A stretch of 64,000 nt of DNA. Origin: Candidatus Obscuribacterales bacterium (GTDB taxonomy: Bacteria > Cyanobacteriota > Vampirovibrionia > Obscuribacterales > Obscuribacteraceae). Where the stretch lies: NCBI GenBank assembly GCA_020050685.1, contig JAGVKG010000065.1, forward strand, positions 17,984 to 81,983, in the 5' to 3' direction. Position 1 is the first letter of the stretch, and the number at the start of each line of letters is the position of its first letter. A program made the translations under genes and the position numbers. Under the pieces are notes generated by a model, which saw only the letters and a list, made by a program, of their open reading frames with translations, searched no databases and was not told where the DNA came from. Shown here in pieces: positions 50,344 through 58,026 of this stretch.

Positions 50344-51536
50344 ACGGTGCCAGTCCAATTGTAATTGAGTGGTTTGAATCGGCAGACAGAATTGCCGATT
50401 CGCTTTGGCAGGCATGTTTCCCGCCGCCGCTTGAAGGCAAGTGGTGGTATTTGGCGCTTGAGCGCAGTGGCTTGCATGATCAGTTTAGCTTTTACTACGG
50501 GCTAATTAAAAAAGGCGAAAAGCCAATTGGTATTGCACCTGCGTTTGTGATGAATGTGCCGATTGATTTGGTGGCACCACCGGTGGTGGCAAAGATTTTG
50601 CAGGGGGCTGGTGCAATTGTGCCAAGCTTGCGCTACCAGCGAACTTTGTTTATCGGCTCCGTATGCGCAGATGAAGGTACGATTGGTCTTTTGCCGGAAG
50701 CGCGTTTGCCGCAAATCATCGAACCGCTACACGATAAATTTGAGAAGAAAGCACGCGAGCTCAAGGCATCGATAATTGTCTGGAAGGACTTTCCTCAAAC
50801 TGATGATCCGGCATTGAATAACTTGTGCCAGACGCATGGTGCAGCCAAAATCGTCAGTTATCCTGGTACTGTGATTAGTTTGCCAAAAGGTGGATTCAAA
50901 GAATATTTAGCTTCACTAAAAGGCACTCACCGTTACAACCTTTCTAAAAAACTCAAACGCAGCAAAAAGCTCGGTGACTTGCAAACTTCTGTAATTCAAA
51001 AGCCAGATGATAAAACGTTTGATGAGATTATGTCGCTTTTCTGGCAAACTTATGAGCATGGCAAAACAAAGTTCGAAAAATTGAACAAGCGATTTTTCGA
51101 ATTGATAGCTGAGGAAAATGTTTCATGGTTTGTACTTTTGCGCAATCCAGAAACGCAAGAGCTGGTGGCATTTATGCTTTGCTTCAAGTTTGACGACAAA
51201 GTAATCAATAAATTCATTGGTCTGGATTATCGGATGGATAGTCAGTGGTTTCTTTACTTCCGGCTCTGGGAAGCGGCAGTTGATTGGGCAATGCAAAATG
51301 GCGCCACGGAATTTCAAAGTGGGCAAACCGGATATCGCGCCAAGCTGGATGTCGGACATAGCTTGATACCGCTAAATAATTACTTCCGAAATTTCAACCC
51401 ACTGGTTCATTTTGTTTGCGAAAAAATTGCCGATACGGTGGACTGGTCGAGCATTGATGATGAATTGGCAACATACGTGAAGGCACATCCGGAAGCAGAC
51501 ATGTCTCAGCCTGGTAAAATAAGTCAGACTTTGTAA
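50289..51536 (+). CDS. FemAB/BioF2-like GNAT-fold acyltransferase
   Basis: The C-terminal half (LKGTHRYNLSKKLKRS.., FVLLRNPETQELVAFMLCF, FRLWEAAVDWAMQNGATEFQSGQTGYRAKLDVG) resembles Acetyltransf_6-type GNAT proteins. The start is uncertain; TTG at 50340 would overlap the upstream stop. Confidence 0.5.
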   Translation: MGRCGADFVWHSNGGIELNGASPIVIEWFESADRIADSLWQACFPPPLEGKWWYLALERSGLHDQFSFYYGLIKKGEKPIGIAPAFVMNVPIDLVAPPVVAKILQGAGAIVPSLRYQRTLFIGSVCADEGTIGLLPEARLPQIIEPLHDKFEKKARELKASIIVWKDFPQTDDPALNNLCQTHGAAKIVSYPGTVISLPKGGFKEYLASLKGTHRYNLSKKLKRSKKLGDLQTSVIQKPDDKTFDEIMSLFWQTYEHGKTKFEKLNKRFFELIAEENVSWFVLLRNPETQELVAFMLCFKFDDKVINKFIGLDYRMDSQWFLYFRLWEAAVDWAMQNGATEFQSGQTGYRAKLDVGHSLIPLNNYFRNFNPLVHFVCEKIADTVDWSSIDDELATYVKAHPEADMSQPGKISQTL

Positions 51537-51605
51537 AGGTGTAGATGTGTTAGTGAAAATGATGTGTGGAGGAGCCGAGGGACGAGGCGACGGAGTGAAT
51601 AAAAG

Positions 51606-52202
51606 ATGATTGATGGCGGCAATAACCAAGAGAAAACAGTGGGACGCAGGTCTCTCATTGTGTACGCCTGTGCTGCGGTTCTCGGGCTCTGCGGATTCAT
51701 GACAGCAATTGCAAAGCAAGTGCTTGGTTTCATTTCCGGCCCGAATTTGACTTCTGCGGAAAAGTCGCACATGGTCAATCAAGAAATGAACCTGTTGGAA
51801 GAGCAAAAGCAATATGATCAAATGAAATTGGCGCGTATGAATACCAGCAAGCTTCCTGTTGCTAAGGTATCTGATCTTGATAAGAATGGCGGCAAGATAT
51901 TTACTGACTATTTTCTCTTGCCTGCCGTTGTATTTAAAAATGGTGAAAATTCTTGTATCGCTCGTTCGGCGGTTTGCACTCACCTTGGATGCACAGTACA
52001 GCCGGAACTTGTTGATGGCAAAATTTACTGCGCTTGCCACATGAGCTATTTTGATTTGCAGACAGGCAAGCCGCTAGCAGGCCCTGCCACAATTGCCCTG
52101 CCTGAGGAACCAATCGTTATCGAAGACGACATCATCTATGCTGTGCGTCCAAGTGGTCCTATAAAAATCGGTCCAAGCCAAACGCCAATGAATCCGGTTT
52201 GA
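51606..52202 (+). CDS. Rieske [2Fe-2S] subunit of a cytochrome bc/b6f-type complex
   Basis: Cluster-binding boxes CTHLGC and CACHMS, with an N-terminal anchor/Tat-like GRRSLIVYACAAVLGLCG. Confidence 0.8.
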   Translation: MIDGGNNQEKTVGRRSLIVYACAAVLGLCGFMTAIAKQVLGFISGPNLTSAEKSHMVNQEMNLLEEQKQYDQMKLARMNTSKLPVAKVSDLDKNGGKIFTDYFLLPAVVFKNGENSCIARSAVCTHLGCTVQPELVDGKIYCACHMSYFDLQTGKPLAGPATIALPEEPIVIEDDIIYAVRPSGPIKIGPSQTPMNPV

Positions 52203-52217
52203 GAGGAGCTGCCTTAA

Positions 52218-53348
52218 ATGTCAGTTGCAAGACGCTGCTCTGAATTTTTGGTGTCGCGATTTCCGCTGGAAAAATTATCTTACGAGCATTTGGCTAATAA
52301 GACCGTTCCGGTTCATAAAGCAAGCTGGATATATTTGCTTGGCGGATTGACGGGCTTTGCCTTTCTTGTGCAAGTCGTGACTGGCATTTTGCTTATGCTC
52401 TATTATCAGCCAACTGTAATTGGTGCTTACGATAGTGTGCGGTATATAGTACAATACGTTCCAGGTGGAAGCTTGATCAGAAATATGCACGTCTGGTCAA
52501 GCTCGGCGATGGTGGTTTTTCTTTTCATACATGCAATCACAAATGCATTTGCCCGTGCTTATCGCAAACCGCGGGAATTGACCTGGGTAACTGGCGCGCT
52601 CAGTATGTTTGTTGTATTGGGGCTGGCGTTTAGCGGTTATCTTTTGCCCTGGAATAATTTGGCGGTCTATGCCACCAAAGTCGGTTTGCAAATTGCTGAG
52701 ATGTCCACATTATTTTTGCCCGGACCGCTTGGTGGAATTGGTGGACAGATGGCGGCACTGTTGACCGGACCAGATGGTATCGGTCAAGAAACACTGAATC
52801 GATTCTATACCTTGCATATTTGGATTTTGCCGGCTTTGCTAATTGCATTGGTTTCCGTGCATTTGCTTTTAGTTCAGATTCACGGCATGAGCGTGCCGCG
52901 TTTTGCTGAGACATCACATAAGCAAGAGAAATTCTTTTTCAATTTTGCTTTGAAAGACCTTTCCGCTTGGATGATTTTCCTGACGCTGTTGGTAATCTTA
53001 GCAGTGGTGCTGCCATATGATTACTTGCAGCCATATACGTTATTGAAGCGATACAGCCCATTGGCCGCAGCACCAAGTGGTATCAAGCCGGAATGGTATT
53101 TCTATTTCTTGTATTATCCTTTGGAAGTTTTGCCGAAGGTGGTTGTGATCTTGGGCACAATGATTTTCTTTGCTGGCGTTGTTGCTGCCCCGTGGTTGAT
53201 GGAATACGTTCCAAGAATGTGGGGCAAGCGTGGTGAGGAGAGCAAATTCCCGATAGTGGCAACGTGCGTGGTGGCGCTTGTAATTGTGGCTTTGACTTTG
53301 TTCGGGCAGAATATCGTTGATGTGATGAGGGGGACTAGTGCGCCATAA
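52218..53348 (+). CDS. Cytochrome b (b6 fused with a subunit-IV-like part)
   Basis: Heme-ligand His pairs lie in RNMHVWSSSAMVVFLFIHAITNAF and FYTLHIWILPALLIALVSVHLL. About 8 TM segments. GGAG upstream, 15 nt after the Rieske gene. Confidence 0.8.
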   Translation: MSVARRCSEFLVSRFPLEKLSYEHLANKTVPVHKASWIYLLGGLTGFAFLVQVVTGILLMLYYQPTVIGAYDSVRYIVQYVPGGSLIRNMHVWSSSAMVVFLFIHAITNAFARAYRKPRELTWVTGALSMFVVLGLAFSGYLLPWNNLAVYATKVGLQIAEMSTLFLPGPLGGIGGQMAALLTGPDGIGQETLNRFYTLHIWILPALLIALVSVHLLLVQIHGMSVPRFAETSHKQEKFFFNFALKDLSAWMIFLTLLVILAVVLPYDYLQPYTLLKRYSPLAAAPSGIKPEWYFYFLYYPLEVLPKVVVILGTMIFFAGVVAAPWLMEYVPRMWGKRGEESKFPIVATCVVALVIVALTLFGQNIVDVMRGTSAP

Positions 53349-53439
53349 ATCACCACACCTGTATTCACCCAATAGGATTCGTCGCGTTGTGGGCGGGGAA
53401 ACCCCACCCCTACAATTTGTGATATCACGCATCATCATT

Positions 53440-53946
53440 ATGTGCGCCATTGTCACAGCTGTGTTGTGTGCGACACCTGCATGGTGCTTCCCTCCCTACG
53501 CTAAGTGGATCTCCAAGCAATCGAAAATGCAAGTCGATTGTTCCTATTGCCACATGAACAGCCAGGGTCCGACAGGCAGTGGAGTCGGGCAGCTCGGCTC
53601 CTTAAGCGAAGAGCAAAAGACAAAACTCGATACCGCTGACAGCCCAATTCTCAATTCGTTTGGTCAGAGCATCATTAAACGATTGGGTTATCAGGCGGTG
53701 GTCGATAATGTCGCTGACCCGGCAAAATTGGCTGACGCCCTCAAGTCCTCCGATTTGGACGGCGATGGAATTGCTGACGGCGTGGAAATGGAGCACGGCA
53801 CCTTGGCGAACGACCCCGAAAGTGCACCTTGGGACTTGGTCTGGAAAGTCCGCTTGCAAAGAAATATTGGCTTTGTTCTGGCGATTCTTGTTTCGGGATT
53901 GCTAGCATTCGTTGGGTTGATCGGTTTGTCAAAAAAATTGCGCTAG
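53440..53946 (+). CDS. Membrane-anchored monoheme c-type cytochrome with a DxDxDG-type acidic loop
   Basis: Heme motif CSYCH; DLDGDGIADGVE calcium-binding-like loop; C-terminal TM segment IGFVLAILVSGLLAFVGLIGL. The start is uncertain: the track gives GTG 53338, and the first ATG that gives a signal-like N-terminus is at 53440. Confidence 0.55.
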   Translation: MCAIVTAVLCATPAWCFPPYAKWISKQSKMQVDCSYCHMNSQGPTGSGVGQLGSLSEEQKTKLDTADSPILNSFGQSIIKRLGYQAVVDNVADPAKLADALKSSDLDGDGIADGVEMEHGTLANDPESAPWDLVWKVRLQRNIGFVLAILVSGLLAFVGLIGLSKKLR

Positions 53947-54032
53947 TCGGACAGGCGCAACACAGTAATAGACTATTTACAATAAGCTGTAGAGAATAAT
54001 ATAATTGCTGTATAACCGTCGGAGGTTACACA

Positions 54033-54239
54033 GTGCCTGTCGATGAGAAGAAGCTGATCTCAGAGATCAAAGCGGCAGGATGCTCAATTAAGCGTACTGC
54101 TAGTGGTCACTTTCTGGTCATCGATCCCAAGGGAAAGCAAATTGCCGCTTATGCGGTTAGGCACCCAGGAAAGCGTGAAGTATTTGACCATTATGTAAAA
54201 AAGATTCGCAAGGCCATAGCTAAGGTAAATAAGTCATGA
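54033..54239 (+). CDS. hicA: HicA-like toxin (small basic protein)
   Basis: 68 aa. AGCSIKRTASGHFLVIDPKGKQIAAYAVRHPGKREV matches the HicA pattern G..R..GSH....P.G.....H.GK. GGAGG lies 7 nt upstream of the GTG. ATGA overlap with the next ORF. Confidence 0.5.
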   Translation: MPVDEKKLISEIKAAGCSIKRTASGHFLVIDPKGKQIAAYAVRHPGKREVFDHYVKKIRKAIAKVNKS

Positions 54240-54724
54240 ACAAAGATGGAATTAGAAAAACGGCGCGTTGTAGATTTGATGTGAAGGAATCTGTCTACAT
54301 AGTAGAGTCGCCTTTGTCCGACATGGTCGCGGGTGTGTCTGAATCGGCAGACGAGGCATGGGCCATATTCGATGACCTGTTGCGAGAAACGTATATCAAT
54401 TATTTGGAAGGAAAGCTGGTTGGCTATGACAAGCGTGGAAGACCTAGCAAAGGCAGAGTTGGTCATCATGCCGAGCTGAGCGCGGAAACAAAAAAGACTC
54501 TTGTAGCTTTGGCTAAGCGATTCGCATGCTCACAAGGAGAGGTCATTGACTATCTCGTTTGGCACCATAATTTTGCCACAATGCCAGGTAAGCCAGTGGG
54601 TAGAAAACCTGTTGAGGATATATCCTATGTGGCTGAGCCAATTTCCAAGTACTCAGTACTAAGGAAATTGTCCGGCAAGCCAAAAAAGCTATCTAAGACC
54701 CCTTCCAAGTCTCGAAAAATTTGA
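54236..54724 (+). CDS. HicB-like antitoxin candidate (N-terminal HicB-like fold, C-terminal RHH-like segment)
   Basis: Translationally coupled to the HicA-like ORF. Contains the segment TLVALAKRFACSQGEVIDYLV. Assigned mainly on context. Confidence 0.4.
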   Translation: MNKDGIRKTARCRFDVKESVYIVESPLSDMVAGVSESADEAWAIFDDLLRETYINYLEGKLVGYDKRGRPSKGRVGHHAELSAETKKTLVALAKRFACSQGEVIDYLVWHHNFATMPGKPVGRKPVEDISYVAEPISKYSVLRKLSGKPKKLSKTPSKSRKI

Positions 54725-54738
54725 GGCTGCGGTAGAAT

Positions 54739-56265
54739 GTGACTAAAGGCTTTGAGGTTTCGGAAGTGGTAAAAATTCGTTTGCGTTTAATCTGCGCGTT
54801 TTTAGTGGTTGCCTTCGTTTCCACCCAAGGGGCTTTTGCTCAGGTTCCCGAGCAGTTCCCCGATCAGTCGCCCGGTAGCGCGGCTGCCCAACCTTCTGAC
54901 AATCCACAAACGGACGGCAAGTCTCAAGCAACCAAGACGGATAACGAATCGGCATCTGTAATAGCTGCCGATGCTTCAGAAACTGATAGTGTCAAACCTT
55001 CCGGCAATGTCACAGTCGTAGACAAGGGTACTTATTACGAGGCTGTGCTTAATTTTGAGAACGGGGCAACTCATCGCCAGATTGGTGAGGAGTATGGCAA
55101 GAAGATTCTGGAAGTGTTGCCGGAATATGAAAAGCTCTTGGATTCTTATATGTCGGAGCATACGCATAACAGCAAGCTGATTTACATTGCACTTGTGCAC
55201 CGTATCAATCAAATCAGGAAAAAAGTACCGAAAGATTACCGGGATGAGATTGAGGGAATTGCTTCCCAATTGTCGGGTGGTACCAAGGATACTCCTGGTG
55301 ATGGCAAGATTTCGCTTAATGAACTTTATGCGATCAATTTGCTCACTGACGTGGCTCGCATGAATTCGTGCAGTGCAGTCGGCGTGTTTGGTTCGCGCAC
55401 CGCCGATGGTGGCACCATTTGTGGACGTAATTTAGATTGGCCGGATGGAAAAGACTTTCAGCTAAGTAAACTACAGGCTGTGGTGACTTTCAAAAATGGT
55501 GAGCATTCTGTGGTCAGCATAACGGCGTTAGGTTACGTTGGGATTGTTACCGGATTCAGTAAATCGCACATCTTTGCCGGAATTCTCGATTCGCCGGTTG
55601 GCACTAAGTACACTGCATCCGGTCGTCGCTCTTACACGATGGATTTGCGCACGGCTTTGGAGAATGGCAAGACTATCGAAGAAGTTGCCCAATTCATGAC
55701 TGAGCCGGATCATTTGTATTGCTTCAATCATATAGTATTTTTGGCGGACCCGACCAGATCGGAAGTTCTGGAAAATAATCTTAGTGGTCGCGGAACTGAT
55801 GTTCATCGAGCCTTGCGCACGAAGGACTCCGAGCTAAATTCAGACCTCGGTTGGGACATTCCAGATTCCATAGGTACTGTGAATTGCTTCTTGCTCAAAG
55901 GTAATGTAGATAATCATATTGATCCGATGGAAAAGCTGCGTTGGGAAAAGAAGATAAAAGCATCGGGTGGCAAATTGACTTTGAGTTTCACTCCAGGCAA
56001 TTTGAACAACCCACGTTTGGACGCGATGAAGCATGAGCTGAAACTTTTAGGACCTGTAATCACGACCGATGGAATGAAGACAGTGATGTCGGAGCATACC
56101 GGTAACATGCCGGATTCTGCGTACAAAGGAGATTTGTACAATCGCTTTACCATCCAAAGCATTGTCTATCAGCCGGGAACAGACAACCTACAAATATTCT
56201 TCCACCCACGCAACGCCGGATTACCAGCCACACCGGCATTCGAGAACGTGCCGGTTAATTGGTAA
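54739..56265 (+). CDS. Secreted Ntn-hydrolase (peptidase C45 / choloylglycine-hydrolase-like)
   Basis: Signal-like LICAFLVVAFVSTQGAFAQ. Probable nucleophile context NSCSAVGVFGSRTADGGTICGRNLDWPDG, typical of C45/C59 Ntn hydrolases. GTG start. Confidence 0.6.
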   Translation: MTKGFEVSEVVKIRLRLICAFLVVAFVSTQGAFAQVPEQFPDQSPGSAAAQPSDNPQTDGKSQATKTDNESASVIAADASETDSVKPSGNVTVVDKGTYYEAVLNFENGATHRQIGEEYGKKILEVLPEYEKLLDSYMSEHTHNSKLIYIALVHRINQIRKKVPKDYRDEIEGIASQLSGGTKDTPGDGKISLNELYAINLLTDVARMNSCSAVGVFGSRTADGGTICGRNLDWPDGKDFQLSKLQAVVTFKNGEHSVVSITALGYVGIVTGFSKSHIFAGILDSPVGTKYTASGRRSYTMDLRTALENGKTIEEVAQFMTEPDHLYCFNHIVFLADPTRSEVLENNLSGRGTDVHRALRTKDSELNSDLGWDIPDSIGTVNCFLLKGNVDNHIDPMEKLRWEKKIKASGGKLTLSFTPGNLNNPRLDAMKHELKLLGPVITTDGMKTVMSEHTGNMPDSAYKGDLYNRFTIQSIVYQPGTDNLQIFFHPRNAGLPATPAFENVPVNW

Positions 56266-56350
56266 GAAGATGGCATGAGAGGTCCTTCACTTTGCTCAGG
56301 ATGACAGCCGTCTTGATGTAACAATCGATGTTGTCTGCTCAAAATTACGC

Positions 56351-56382
56351 CGGCTCATGAACAGTGCAGTGTTCATGAGCCG
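56351..56382. terminator. 13-bp perfect stem hairpin between convergent genes (probable bidirectional terminator)
   Basis: CGGCTCATGAACA, loop GTGCAG, TGTTCATGAGCCG. On the minus strand it is followed by CGTAATTTTGAG. It lies between the gene ends at 56265 (+) and 56554 (-). Confidence 0.55.
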
Positions 56383-56553
56383 ACACGTATTGCTCTTCAC
56401 AGGGGGAGACTGTGGGGGAGCTAAAGGTTTGATCAGTTCTCTTACGAGTTCCCTTTTCTGTGGGGGTAAGACGGGGCACCTTCTATTTCGTTCCAGCTTT
56501 TCTCCTTAATTGCTTCGATTTAATCTTGCTATTGGAACGGCTGTAAACCGGCG

Positions 56554-57354
56554 TCAGACCGTCTTTTCTTTCACAGGCTGGTCTTTCTGAAGCGCTGCCA
56601 CAATTTGGTGACGCTTCTTCCACAATATGTATGCCGTTACTGGTGTGCCTACGGCAATTGCCACGGCTGCGGCAACGATAACCAAGAGAATCAAGCTGCA
56701 CATGGTGGTAATAATTGCCTTAAGGTCGTTCATGTCTTTACGTAACGAGTTCAATTGGTCTTGCACGCCCACAAGTGGTGTAGCAAGCTTTTCCATGGGC
56801 GCTTGCAGCCTTTCCAGAGGTTCATGCAAACTTCTGACAGGTCTTTCCAAATTAATTACATGGCGCTCCATGGATTCAATATTACGTTCCATGCCGACCA
56901 TTTGTTTTTGCATATCAGAAATTTCTTTTTCTACTTTCATCATTTGATCTTGCAGACCAAACATTGGTTTCTGCAGACCAGCAATTGGTGCTTCCAAACG
57001 CATAATTTGCTGCTGCAATCTGATTGATTGCTTCTGTAGATCGGAAATTGGGCGGAAGAGAAATCCAAGCGGGTTGAATCCACCTTTCTTCTCCGGTGGT
57101 ACTAAGTCCTCGGTTCTGACATTAACCGATGGAACAGTCTTGTTAATTTGCTTGGCCTGATATTCAGCCTCAGCTCTGGTTGGCCCGGTAACAGAAGCTG
57201 AGGCAGAAATCTTGGTTCCTGATTCCACTTCCTTGGCTAGTGAGGCCTGTGTCGTATATGTAGTACCAAGCAGAAAAACTGCGAGAGCAGTTAATAGACT
57301 CTGATTGAAAAAATGCAGATGTACATAATTGTTGTGTGGTTTAAGCATCTCCAC
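56554..57354 (-). CDS. Signal-peptide protein with about 15 uninterrupted heptad repeats and a C-terminal TM anchor
   Basis: The heptads are LQKQSIR LQQQIMR LEAPIAG LQKPMFG LQDQMMK VEKEISD MQKQMVG MERNIES MERHVIN LERPVRS LHEPLER LQAPMEK LATPLVG VQDQLNS LRKDMND, followed by the TM segment CSLILLVIVAAAVAIAVG. Confidence 0.6.
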   Translation of the reverse strand: MEMLKPHNNYVHLHFFNQSLLTALAVFLLGTTYTTQASLAKEVESGTKISASASVTGPTRAEAEYQAKQINKTVPSVNVRTEDLVPPEKKGGFNPLGFLFRPISDLQKQSIRLQQQIMRLEAPIAGLQKPMFGLQDQMMKVEKEISDMQKQMVGMERNIESMERHVINLERPVRSLHEPLERLQAPMEKLATPLVGVQDQLNSLRKDMNDLKAIITTMCSLILLVIVAAAVAIAVGTPVTAYILWKKRHQIVAALQKDQPVKEKTV

Positions 57355-57385
57355 ATTCTCCTTTCTTCAAGCAAGCGTACCTTGC

Positions 57386-57781
57386 TTACACTGGATTTGT
57401 TCTGGGCATGATTGTATTGCTGGTGAGGAAGCTAATGAAAAAGAGAATCAAACCTCCAACCGCTGCTGCTGTCCAATTGGCGATAGTTAGCACGCCTGGC
57501 ATGATGTTCGCAACCCAGACCAAGGCTATGGCTGGAATCACCCAAAAGCCGACAATCCAAAGCGGAATTAGCCAGACAAGCGCAGCACCAAATGTGGTGA
57601 CAGTCAGCACCGCCGATAGTGCCAGTGCCAACAAATCAACTAACCAGAACATAATTGCAAATGCGACCGACATAGTTATTGCTTGAACGAAGTTGCCATT
57701 AAAATCAATACCTGTGATCATAGGCAACATGTAAGCAAATGCGACGGCCGAAAGCAAAACTCTTATCAGTAAGCGGGTCAT
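57386..57781 (-). CDS. Phage-holin-4/DUF360-like small membrane protein
   Basis: Four hydrophobic segments, with the start MTRLLIRVLLSAVAFAYMLP typical of the DUF360 family. GGAGG lies 8 nt upstream of the ATG at 57781, so the track's 48-codon upstream extension is unlikely. Confidence 0.55.
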   Translation of the reverse strand: MTRLLIRVLLSAVAFAYMLPMITGIDFNGNFVQAITMSVAFAIMFWLVDLLALALSAVLTVTTFGAALVWLIPLWIVGFWVIPAIALVWVANIMPGVLTIANWTAAAVGGLILFFISFLTSNTIMPRTNPV

Positions 57782-58026
57782 GGTGACACCTCCGCTCTCA
57801 AACTTTCTTTTGTTTGAGGGGACTGGAGCAGAGATAAGTTCAGTACCACCCGAAAAGATTATTCTGCTGCCAGTTCCCGCTTGGAGAGACGACTGTGTTC
57901 CCATTTGGTTCCAGTTTTTCTGCAATTAGATTAAATTTGCTGCTGTGGAGAAGCTTCATTTGCTCGAATTCTCAAACCTGAGTACGATAGGATTTGACCT
58001 AAATCCAGCATGGAGCGGAAACCTAG

